From NCBI GenBank assembly GCA_008632985.1, contig QPGO01000011.1:124001-188000 (forward strand): DNA of 64,000 bases. Direction: 5' to 3'. Below the pieces are notes generated by a model. The model was given only the letters and a program-made list of their open reading frames with translations. It did not search any database and was not told the origin of the DNA. Both the position numbers and the translations under genes were made by a program. This DNA comes from Psammoneis japonica. Taxonomy: Eukaryota. This document shows positions 37,419 to 48,600 of the stretch, piece by piece (positions within the stretch are counted from its first letter, which is position 1; each line of letters starts with the position of its first letter).

Positions 37419-38680
37419 ATGACAATGACAATACAGCGGCTGGTGAGGTTGATGCTGGTGGTAATATGGTGCATGGTTCCACAGAGTGAATCATCAAGAA
37501 CATCGAATTCTCCAATAAGAACTCTGTCGACAGAATTTCCTGCTTTGGAGACTACGTTAGAAATGGCTCGTCTATCCAAATTAGTGTACAAATTAAAACA
37601 TGTCGATTCATGTGAGAACGCCACCCATACTTTCGAAAACGGCACTGTTGTTCCAATCATTCCTTCCGATCTGACGTGTCATTTGTACAGCAACAACATT
37701 GTCGGAGGAACTCAAGTGCTGGTCGCTAGTTCGACTCTGGAAAAGTACACGGCAATTGTGTTTGCCGGCACGGACAATATTAGAACGACCCTGACGGACG
37801 GAGATATACTGCTCAAGCCGTTTGGACCACTCGATTCAAACGGCGACGCTCAATGGCTGCCTCCCGAATACAAAACAACTGCCAAGGTTCATGCCGGTTT
37901 TGACAATGCGGTTTTTGAATACGGGCTCTTTGATGAGTTGCTGCAACTTGTTCAAGAGCTTCGAGACAAGCATCCAGACTATACTCTCTATACTACAGGA
38001 CACAGTCTCGGCGCGGCTAATTCCATCTTGACGGCTGTGGGAATCACACTGAATCGTCCCGAGTGGAAAGTGACTTGCATCAACTTTGGCTGTCCCCGCA
38101 CGGGGAACCGTGCTTGGCGAGAATTTGTGGATTCGCAAAACAATCTGGGCATTTGGAGAGTGGTTTTAGGATGGGATCTCATTCCGCGACTGCCGAAAAT
38201 TACCTTTGTCCATGTCGGACATACGATTCAACTCAATTCGCATCACTATGAACCTGCACCCGATACAGTCATTGCCTATTATTTGCATTATGGAAATGAG
38301 ACACTCGGCTATGCTGGTGTTCCAGTGGGGTGGTCTTGTAAGTATATCATGTGCGAAAGAGAGTAGCGTTGCCAAACATGCATGCGTGTGTCATTGTGTT
38401 CTCAGTATACATAGCTCACGTGCGCTCGCGTTTTCTCTTTTTTACAGCCATGCCCTTTATCTGGGTGCCGGGAGCGTTTGTATCGCATTCCATGACACGT
38501 TATCAGCTCTATCTCCAAAACTATGACAGTACTCATCCTGATGCCTACATTGCTTCAGAGTTTTGCCCAATGGACAACCGAACCATGGACGATGACGACA
38601 TTCCCGATCCACCGGACGGTGACCTGGGAGACGAGGAAGAGAGTAGCTGGTTCTTGAGCCCACAGGAGCAGTTGGCGTAG
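37419..38680 (+). CDS. Secreted class-3 lipase; intron 38338-38447
   Basis: Signal peptide, IVFAGTD, VHAGF, TGHSLGA, NFGCPRTGN, DLIPRLP, FVHVG; GTAAGT...TTACAG intron restores the frame. Confidence 0.88.
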
Positions 38681-38849
38681 GTGTGCATCAAAGTGTGCAG
38701 CTACAGTATGGGATAGCTAATCTCCTGTCTTGCGGCACCGTGGCACATCGGAAATGCGGCTCCATGTGGTACTCGCATTGAACGTTTCTTTCAGTTTCTT
38801 CGCCGACGTTATGTTCCACTACAAAGACCAATGCGACTAGCGATTCGCT

Positions 38850-39258
38850 TCAAGCTGAGGACACAATGACGACACGTATTGACCGTGGACTGTACAGCAG
38901 TAATATCATAGTTTTAGACAATTTTGACTTATCTTTAGCGACATTTACATACACGGTCATTGTTTGATCGGACGATGATGCTCACTCGAACACATAAGCA
39001 GTCGTAGCTGACTGACTACTGGCAAGAAAAATAACGAACCTTGACAGGATCCTTTCTTCTGCACTGTCAAGAGATCCCCCCCCCCCCGAACACTACGCGA
39101 CGCCCAGGTACGCCAAGAGAACCCAATTATTAGCCTGCTCCTTGTTGTCCTTGACGGTGTCAAGAGAATGGCCCGAGCCATTCAAGCACAAAAGGAGCAC
39201 CCCGACGGATAGAGCGCACAACATTTTGCTAGTGTCAAAGCCAGTGTCTCCGAGAGAA
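38850..39258 (-). pseudogene. Partial duplicate of the 3' end and downstream region of gene 42439-43013
   Basis: SLGDTGFDTSKMLCALSVGVLLLCLNGSGHSLDTVKDNKEQA matches 42439-42603; downstream DNA matches ~42160-42438. Confidence 0.85.
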
Positions 39259-39409
39259 CCCTGATCCAAGGGCAAAACCATCCTCAATGTATCTGGCAGG
39301 AACATTTCAATTGCCTTCCCTCACCAAGCAAGCCAAGAGCACGTTTAGGCACGATTACATTGCATGAGACATCGGCATTCTCGAGCGCGTGACCGGACAA
39401 AACCTAAAA

Positions 39410-39660
39410 ATGTCCATTTGATTTTGAACGAGTTTTCCTACCAGGTTGTCGTAGAGAAATCGATAGGACAAATAGAAATGTCCATTACATCTTTTTAGAT
39501 TTTGAACGCGTTTTTCCTACCGACAAGACGTATGTCACAGGGCTTAAGTATAGGTGACCATGAAAAAATCGAAGCTGAATATCTATTGCCCTTCTCCCTA
39601 AAATTACATCTTTTTAGATTCTGAACGCATTTTCCCTACTGAGAATACGTATGTCACAGA
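39410..39660 (+). repeat. Three short degenerate direct repeats
   Basis: GATT(T/C)TGAACG-x-x-TTT(T/C)CCTAC core at ~39420, 39498, 39617. Confidence 0.6.
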
Positions 39661-40322
39661 AATTGCAAGTAATGACTACCAATTTGTCATATTACATAGG
39701 GAAAGACATTCTGCAACTAGCTAGAGATGATTTTCATTCTGTGTCTAGTCTACACAGTATGCACCACGCGGGTAACTGGGACGCACGGGGCACACGACGC
39801 ATTCATCACCCACCATGGCGAGCTCATGGGATGATTCGAGCGGTAGAGGCGGCCGGCCTACGTGGAACGATACTCTGCATTTTAAAATCATGGTGGCTGT
39901 TATTCGCTTTTTTGATTTCAGAAAGGTTTTGGATGGGAGGTGGACTGCAACGGGACTGAAACCATGTGAAACGTTTTTTTCGAAACCTTTTGAAAAACTT
40001 GTACGACGACGATCGCCAATGGACTCTCTTCTCACAACCACAACGACAACGGCAACAACAATCCAACTTCTTTATTTTGGTAAACTGGAGAAATCATCAT
40101 GGCTGGCAAGAAGTTTGGCTCGAAGTACTCTGAAACGAAGGGCGCGATTGCCACACGCAAGCACGCAAGCACTACAACAAGAAACGACTAGCAGAGGCAA
40201 AGTCGAAACAAGACAAGGCGAAACGTCGAAAAGCAGAACAAAGGAAGCGTGAAGAAGAAAGATCTCGAAAGGACGAGAACATCAAGCTCCAGCGGCAACA
40301 GGGCGAGGTTATCACTCGGTTC

Positions 40323-41405
40323 TTGGACCTTCAGAAGGACCGTGGAGTGGCTTTGGCAAACGATACGAGCTCGCAGAACATTTTGGCAAATGCTCTTTTT
40401 GTCGGCGGTTCCAATTTGCAGCCTATCAGACTTGCAGGTGTTCCAGCACGAGAGTTGTCTGATGGTGAGATAGTCGAAGAAGAAGAAGAAGAAGAAGAAG
40501 ACACGATCCAAGACGATGCGAGCGACGACGACACGATCGAGGAGCTGGAGCGTCCAATTCCTCGTAAAACAAAGTCGGTTACCACGACGGTGTTCACCGA
40601 GCAATTTAAGCCGCGATCTCTCCTCGATATTCTGACGGTCAGTGTTCACAGTCCAGAAACTCTGGTGGGAGTTGCGCTCTCGGACCACAGCACGAGTGAC
40701 ATCTATTCTTGTTTTGGGGACCAGTCCCAGCAGCATCTTAAGACTCGACTGTTTGAGCGTGCGGGAATGACGCTTGACGAAGCGATTTTTCACCTATTTC
40801 GCAAAGGCACTGTGCGAGAGAATCCCAACGCCGGTGGACAAAATAGCGCTTTAGCTGTCTTCTATAAGGATGAGCTGAGCGTGAGCCACTGGTTCCCGTT
40901 CGACATTCGTCACGGCTCCGTATCCGTTCGCACATACTATGCGCACTCTCCCTTACGATGCACACGATTCGATCGACGATGCCAGCTTGTGCTCAAGGGC
41001 ATCCACTGGTTGAGCAAGGCGCTGCACTTGGAATGCGACAAGGTGATTGAACACGTCGTGGCGGCAATTTCCACCATCGAGTTTCACAAACTCTACTTTT
41101 GTGCTTCGTCGCCCAGCATCAAGGACATCGTTGTGTATGATGCCATCGACCACATTAAGCCAACCAAGGAAGAATTTTCAATCTTGAGTGACATTCCGTA
41201 CGCAAGCTTCATGGGCGAATACGAATCCTGGATTGTTCGGTTTGGCGAGATCCCTCTTGTCCACGAAAAGCTTGACCTTATGCGATTCGCTGCCAAAAAG
41301 CGGGTCGAGCTGACAGCAGTGGAAAGCAATTTGAACCTGCATCCACACAGGATTGAGAAAGACGTGGAATATGAGTTGAGCAGAGTTTTCTCAAAGTCAA
41401 GCTGA
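40323..41405 (+). CDS. Hypothetical protein (acidic stretch then globular region); true start uncertain, possibly 40098 with disruptions
   Basis: 360-codon ORF with normal composition; no recognised family. Confidence 0.5.
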   Translation: MDLQKDRGVALANDTSSQNILANALFVGGSNLQPIRLAGVPARELSDGEIVEEEEEEEEDTIQDDASDDDTIEELERPIPRKTKSVTTTVFTEQFKPRSLLDILTVSVHSPETLVGVALSDHSTSDIYSCFGDQSQQHLKTRLFERAGMTLDEAIFHLFRKGTVRENPNAGGQNSALAVFYKDELSVSHWFPFDIRHGSVSVRTYYAHSPLRCTRFDRRCQLVLKGIHWLSKALHLECDKVIEHVVAAISTIEFHKLYFCASSPSIKDIVVYDAIDHIKPTKEEFSILSDIPYASFMGEYESWIVRFGEIPLVHEKLDLMRFAAKKRVELTAVESNLNLHPHRIEKDVEYELSRVFSKSS

Positions 41406-42438
41406 GTAGGGTTTAAGACGGAGTTTTGAGGTGGTAACAAACAGAATGTAAAATATAACAACGAACTGCAGCAACGTCACTAGTCGTCATCCCTATTGCT
41501 ATCACTGTCCTTATACTCATTTGCGTAGCTTTTCGATAGAGCTCTACCTATTGATAGATGTTCGACACGGTATTTTCATTGTCTACAAAACTATTTGAAT
41601 TTTATGTAGTAATTGTAAAGAGGAATGCGACACGAAGTACTGCTTTTGCCGCTGATCCCCAAGTATTGCAGGGTATAGCTTACAGGCTTGCGTCAGACAA
41701 TGGGACGCTCAGTGGCGTTTATCGTCCACATCCATCTCGCCTTTGTACTTCAAAACAAAGGTGCCTGAGAGTTTGCTTCTGTCCTTGAGAAACGGGGAGG
41801 AGAAGGACGCGTTCAAGCATCGGAATTCCACATTACGGATGGCCGTGTTTGTATCGGCTCGGCTCATAGTAGCTTATGGAATCGGTATCTCCTTTCCCCT
41901 GATGGTCGAGTTATTCGATGGTCGGCACCAATCTTGAATCGTTGGTAGAAGTACATTGCGACTGTTCGAGTGCCTTACGGAAGAAAAAGAAAAGAAGACT
42001 TTGAGTGTTCGATAGAGAGAGAGAGAGAGAAGAATTTGAGAGTTTCAGAGTGCTTCAAGTCAGCATGGAAAGGGCTCTGGACATGTACAGCGACGTTTTA
42101 TTGTAATGGCTCGACGGCGATTGCAGTCAGCTCAAGTCGTTGCACCAAGAAAATGCGTGTGCGACTAGCGATTCGATTCATTCAAGCTGAGGACACAATG
42201 ACGACACTTATTGACCGTGGACTGTGCAGCAGCAATACAATAGCTTTAGGCAATTTTTAGCGACATTAAATTTTCACGATCATTGTTTGATGGGACGATG
42301 ATGCTCACTCGAACACATAAGCAGTCGTTGTAGCTGACTGACTACTGGCAACAAATACTCAATATGAAGAACCCTGACAAGGTCCTGTCTTGTGCACTGA
42401 CAACTGACAATAGATTATCCTACCGAACGTCAACACTT

Positions 42439-43013
42439 CTACGCGAAGCCCAGGTACGCAAGGAGAACGGCAATTATAGCCTGCTCCTTGTTGTCCTTGA
42501 TGGTGTCAAGAGAATAGCCCGAGTCATTCATGCACAATAGGAGCGCCCCGACGGATAAAGCGCCCAACATTTTACCCGTGTCAAAGCCAGTGTCTCCGAG
42601 AGAAAACATGGCGCATGAAATGGCGGTGATGAGAGCTTGTTGTGCAAACAAATTGGTCGTAACAAAGTCAGCCAGCTGTGAGTATCGTAGAGAAAGAAAA
42701 TGCAATCAGGACGGCGAGTGAGCATCTACGCAGAAAGGAGAGAAGTGCTGCTAGAACAACAAGAGAACATATGGAAGGAAACAGGAGGGCTTACCTGAGT
42801 ATTACTTCCTCCCGTCTGGCTCGCAATGTACTTGGATGCCGAGCCAGCAACATATGCAGTTGCGGCCGCCTTGGACAACTTGACGGCCAGATCGCTGTCA
42901 AGCGGGCCAATCGCTGCGCCGCCACGGACATTGAGAGCTCGGGTAAAAGCCTGAGGCTGTACTGCGGCACTTGCCATGGCAAAGAGAGAAACGAGAAGAG
43001 CAACGCACTTCAT
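42439..43013 (-). CDS. Small signal-peptide-bearing membrane protein; intron 42676-42794
   Basis: MKCVALLVSLFAMASA...LNVRGG; GTAAGC...CACAG intron joins the two ORFs in frame; hydrophobic helices. Confidence 0.75.
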
Positions 43014-43685
43014 GGTGGACTTGGGTCGGCGAATGTAACTATCAATGTTGACAATAGCGATTAGCGAGACTATGATTGATGTTGATGGTGAATGGTTATG
43101 TTGAAAAAAGTGAGGAGAAATCATTCTGGCGCGTCTTCAGCGATGAGGTGGTCGTTGCCGGTGTCAGATCGGTGTCAAAGTTCGAAAATTGTAGCTTTCA
43201 ATGAGACGAAGTCATCATCATTCATTTTGGAAGACCTTCAACGGTTGCAGAAAGCTCGTAAAGATCTACAGTACCTCATACAGTATTACATTTCTGTTTA
43301 TTTTATTATGTTCAATGTTGGATACTCTTATTTGTTGAACATTTTGGGCAATATGAAGTTTGCCACGATACATCACGGGTATTTTATCAATGAAAGTACC
43401 TGTCACGCACACCCATTTCTTCCGATACCAAGCCAGAGAGTGTCTATTACGTAGAGCTAATGTCACGGTATATCAATCTATGATAGCAAGATGCTGCTAT
43501 CGTCTCTCTATGCCTCTCTAGGTACCTCGTACGGTAAGTATACCTCGTGTGGGACACCGCCGAGACGGCAGAGAGTAGAGAGCTAGCAAAGATGCTGTAG
43601 CTTTGACTGGTGACTAATCCTTCGAGTTTCAAGCATATATGGTAACTAGGACACCGTGGCGTTCAATATGACCGGGCTACTCACT

Positions 43686-45275
43686 CTAGTTGTTATTACG
43701 CTTGGATTCCTTGACCACGGTCAGGGTTTGAGACTGCCGTTCCTTTGTAAAGGTGTGTTCTCCGTTTTCGTGTTTTTTGGATACAATGGGAAAGCAATCG
43801 GGGCACAAGTCATAGTCAAAGCATTGACTGCATTTGTAAATACACTGTTCTGGAGCAATCTTTTGTGCGCATCCGTCACAATGAGCAATCTCTTGGTAGT
43901 CAAACAGTTCCTCCTCTTGGCTCATCAAATTTGCACCCGGAAACAAAAACACGCGTTCACACGGAGGCCCATGAGAAGTGGAGGGTGCTTCTTTCCACTT
44001 TACAAAATTGTAAATATCACCGTCATCTAGATTTTCCTCTGTGTCGTCGAGACAAGCCAAAAGTTGGCCTGGACAGTCATTACCGCGTTCATCCTCCGTA
44101 TCGTTTCCAGTTTGGTAATCCTCGTAGTTCTTGTCAAACATTTCCTTGACAAGAGCACGAGTAACATCGTCGCAAAAGCCAAGCAAATGCGCATCAAACA
44201 CATAGTCACCATTTCGAAAGTCTGCTTCATCCTCATTCTCATCCTCGTCATCTTCTGAAGAGTTTGAAGTAAAGGGCGGAGGACGCACAATGGTACGGTT
44301 CAACAGTATCCTTGGAATGTTTGGTGATAGATAGGATATCACCTTGGACATGGGCGCCACAGACAAGGACGTCCCAATCACAAGCAGCGCGTCCGCCTTG
44401 GAATAGTCCGCCTCGAGACGCTTCCCCACGGCATTGTCCAGCACTTGTCCAAAAAACGTAACGTTGGGTTTCAAGACGCCATTGCAGAGTCCATTCGACG
44501 AGTGATTTTCTTTTGGTACACCATTACAATTCCGTTTACGCATAGTACGAACCATCTTTTCATTTTTCGGAGCAGCCGACTGGTCTGCAAGGTGTGGCGT
44601 GGCATTCTTACACCTTGGCACTGTACCGTTGATAATGTCTTGTTTCATAGACGCGGTTATCGGAGTTTGTTGTTTACACGTGCAGCATGTTGCGGTTTGC
44701 AAAGAACCGTGTGCGTGCACAATCTTTTCCAGAGAAACCCCTGCAGCCTGTTCGAGCGAATCAATGTTTTGAGTGTACACACGAAGTAGTTTCTTGTGTT
44801 GTTCGAGCAGGGCCAAGAATTTGTGACTACAGCTCGGCTGAAGCGGCTGATCGTTCTCGAGCGGAAAGTAAAGGTTCTTGGCAAACTTGTAAAAGGGCCG
44901 TGGATCTTGACAGAATACCTCATAATCAAACAAATCTTCAGCACAGGATAAACCGAGCTCTCCCGCGTCGAGCCGTGAATACAATCCATCGTGAGCCGAA
45001 CGAAAGTCGGGTATACCGCACGAGACACTCATGCCAGCACCAACCAATACTAAAATGTTTTTTCTCTCCTTTAATATATTGACGACAGATGAAAATCCCT
45101 CTTGAAACGACACATTGTTGTCGTCTTTGTAAAGGTCAAAGGGTGGGAGTATGCTGTATCTGCGCTCGAGTCTGTTCCTTTTCTTCTTCGGTACAACAGT
45201 AGTCTTTTCTGCTGTTGATTTCTCATGAGTTTGTGCAGAAGTTTGCTTTGTCTTTGACTGTTGCCTAGTCTTCAT
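43686..45275 (-). CDS. NAD-dependent deacetylase, Sir2/sirtuin class I, with C-terminal ZZ zinc finger
   Basis: GAGMSVSCGIPDFRS, YTQNID, AHGS, LKPNVTFFG, IGTSLSVAP; C-terminal CDGC...YKCSQCFDYDLCPDCF. Confidence 0.92.
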   Translation of the reverse strand: MKTRQQSKTKQTSAQTHEKSTAEKTTVVPKKKRNRLERRYSILPPFDLYKDDNNVSFQEGFSSVVNILKERKNILVLVGAGMSVSCGIPDFRSAHDGLYSRLDAGELGLSCAEDLFDYEVFCQDPRPFYKFAKNLYFPLENDQPLQPSCSHKFLALLEQHKKLLRVYTQNIDSLEQAAGVSLEKIVHAHGSLQTATCCTCKQQTPITASMKQDIINGTVPRCKNATPHLADQSAAPKNEKMVRTMRKRNCNGVPKENHSSNGLCNGVLKPNVTFFGQVLDNAVGKRLEADYSKADALLVIGTSLSVAPMSKVISYLSPNIPRILLNRTIVRPPPFTSNSSEDDEDENEDEADFRNGDYVFDAHLLGFCDDVTRALVKEMFDKNYEDYQTGNDTEDERGNDCPGQLLACLDDTEENLDDGDIYNFVKWKEAPSTSHGPPCERVFLFPGANLMSQEEELFDYQEIAHCDGCAQKIAPEQCIYKCSQCFDYDLCPDCFPIVSKKHENGEHTFTKERQSQTLTVVKESKRNNN

Positions 45276-45630
45276 AGTGGTATTATTTGGTTTGGTTTGT
45301 CAAAGGAGGTATCCTACCCGGTCGTAGTCAGCTGCCAACGTTCAGCACGCTGCAAACACGACGTTGAACATGGTCATGCCATTGTGTCGTCGCTGATCGC
45401 AAAAAAAGCGAAGGAATTTGAAGAAAAGATTTGAGGGAATTTTCAGTGGAATTCCGGATTCCTTACTTTTATGCCTGTATGTCGTCCGTCTCCCACCGAT
45501 GCGAGAGCCATCAAAATCAAAATCAAAATCTCATCACAAACTCCCTCCAAAGAAGCTTGACCGCTCTTGAGAGTTGATTACTTATTGCTTACCTGGTATC
45601 TCATTCCAAACTCCAGCCCCTCTAGAAACC

Positions 45631-48600
45631 ATGGAACGGATGGAAGAAACTGCCTTTCCTCGTGGAAAGAGAAAAAGCTCTTTTACTTTGAAAGAAGGTG
45701 ACGGCAAGAAAAAGAAGAAACGCGTCAAGCACGAAAACAAGAAGGATGATTTCCTCTTTGGTCAGCACGAACACGAACATGATGAATCCACCGTATTTCG
45801 AAAGAAGTCAATGATGAAAGAAAAATCTTCATCGAAAGTGCATACAACATCCATGATGCCCATGGGTGGTGGTTGTGTGGTACCGTCGACGCAAAAGAAA
45901 CAGGCCGTGATTGAATCGATTGGGTTTTCCAAGCTTGCCAAGAACACAAAGTTGTTGGCCATGGTGAAACAGGTCTTTGATGATTATGCGATTTTGAGCT
46001 TGCCCAATATGCTCTCGGGTTATATTCTCAAAGACAAGCATCCACTGACGGACGTGTTGAAGGCCAATCAAATGCTGGCTGTGAAAATCGTCAAGACTGC
46101 GACGGAACACGTCAAGGATGCAAAGGGCACTTCGGTTCCGAGGCGACGAATCCAGGTATCCGCGTTGCCGAGTAGTATCAATGCAATTTCGATTCCCGAC
46201 AGTGGTGTCGTACGTGGACAAATCGTGAGTGTGGAAGATCATGGTTGCCTTGTAGATTTAGGTGGTCCCAATCGAGGCTTTTTAAAGTATGAAGATATCC
46301 ATCAAGGGTACAAGATTCTTGATAACAATGATGCGAAGGACGACACGCCAAGCACAGCAAAGGACACGCTTTGTGTAAATGCAGGTCGCGTCATGGATCT
46401 CATGGTGAAGCAAGATGTGGGTGTCACAAGCAAGATTATACCATTGACCTTGCCGACCCATGATACAATGGCCAGCTACACGTCTAGACTGGCGGGTCCC
46501 GTGACGCTGTCCACCTTGTACCCGGGCACTTGCGTTTATGCCAATATTGAAGCCATGGCACGAAACGGACTCTTGGTGAACTTTTGGAATGGATTGTTTC
46601 GTGGGGCGATTGAAATGTCGCATATTGGTGCTACATGGATTCCTTCTTCCAAGAATAAGGACGATGAGGATTGGAAAAGCGTCTTTGGAACACAAAAACA
46701 ACAGGGCAAGATCAAAAGGGTATGTTGTGGTATTATTGTTTCAGAGAGTCGTCTGCTGAGTTTGAAATGAAAATCCTTACACGCGTCTCTTTTGTTTCGT
46801 TATCAATACAGGTGCTTGCTAGAATTGTTTGCGTCGATTCCACCTTGAAGGTGATTCGTCTGGCAATGCTACCACATGTGATGAACCTGTCGACACCACC
46901 GCCCATGTCACCCGTTGGAACGGTGGTGGAAAAGGCGACTGTCGTTCGCCTTGACCATGGCGTTGGTGCACTCTTGGCCTTGCCGCCGCCTACGGATAAT
47001 GACAACAGTAACGGGTCAACTATTACGGGTCCTTTGGCACAAGTCGAATCCTACGTGGAGGCAAGCAAGATTCGTACCGTCTACGTACACATTTCCAAAG
47101 CTGTCGATGGGAAGGAACGAATCTCCGAGTCGGACTTTGCCAAGCAGTTTGCTCCGTCCTCTAAACATACATGCCGTATCTTGAACACAAATCATGTCTT
47201 GGAGGGAATTGCCACGGGTGCAACAGCTACCAGTATTGTCGAGGCACATGTCTTGACCCACGGTGATTTGGAACCGGGCAAGGTGTATCGCAACGTTCCG
47301 GTACATGCCCATTTGGAAAAGAGCAATTCGATACTGATTGATTTTGGTATGGGGGTGATTGGGCTTATTCCCTCTCAGCATTTGTTTGATACGTCAACCT
47401 CCTCCAGCGAATCGTATCGATCCAAACTCATTAAGACCAAATATTCGGTTGGCAGCAAAGTCACTGTCCGGGTTTTGACGGTCGACATTGAAACCAAAAG
47501 GTGCATTGTCACTGCGAAAAAGTCGCTTGTGACCAACAAGCAGGCACCCGTCACAACCTATGAATCCCTGGAAAAGGGACAGGTGGCCACGGGGTTTATT
47601 TCCAGCATTGAGGAAAAGGCCCTCTTTGTAACCTTTTACAACAATGTCTATGGACGCGTTACGCTCAAGCGATTGGTGGCGGAAATGGGGATTCAAGATT
47701 TGCGGGAGAACTTTCGCGCGGGCGACGTTGTAACTTGTCGAGTTGTGGAATGCAGTAGTGCCAATAAGGACATGCCGGAAGGCGACAAGTATTGGCGACT
47801 TGATTTAAGTTTGAAGCTAGATGGCCCCATTGAGGAGACGCTACAAGACGAAAAGGATGGTCCCGGTACGCGTTTGAAGCCCGGCACGATACTTCCAGCG
47901 AAATCACTCAAAATTGTCGACCTAGTCGATTGTCAATCTCGACTAGATGGAAACGGATATATACCTGGCTATGCTATTGTCAACATTAAAGCAAAGCATT
48001 TTGAGAACAACGACGAGACTCCAGGGGACTCCTTTGTGGAATGCAAACTACCGTTTGATCAATTGTTCGATAGCTACTCGGAAGAAGAAGTCTCCAGTGC
48101 GGATTCCCTCAACGCCTTGGCGCACAAGCTGTTGGTGGTGGGAAAGAAGATCAATCAACGTGGTCTGGTTGTGCTGCATTCTAGAAAGCCAAGGCCTGAC
48201 GGAAAAGTTCCTCTCCCAATTTTGTCTTTACGTCCCAAATGGATTGAATCAGCTGAAGGCAATGTCGAAAAATCTTCTATTCTACTCCCGAGTCGCGAGA
48301 CAAACCTCGTCCTGGGACAATACGTACGAGGTTTTGTTACTCGTGTCGATGAACGATATGGTGCATTCGTTCGATTTCTGGACAACCTGACTGGTTTGAT
48401 ACCCAAGGTGAAGAAAGGGCTTGAGATGGATCTTTACTCGACTGTCACATGCAAAATCATCGCTTTGGACACAACGCAACGGCCAGTCAAGATTCTGTTG
48501 AGAAAGTCCAGTTCCCCTCGCCAGAAAAAAGAGAAAGGGAGCATAATTCTTCCGCGAGTCAAAGCTGGTGATCTAGTTGGTGATGTCGTAGTCAAGAATG

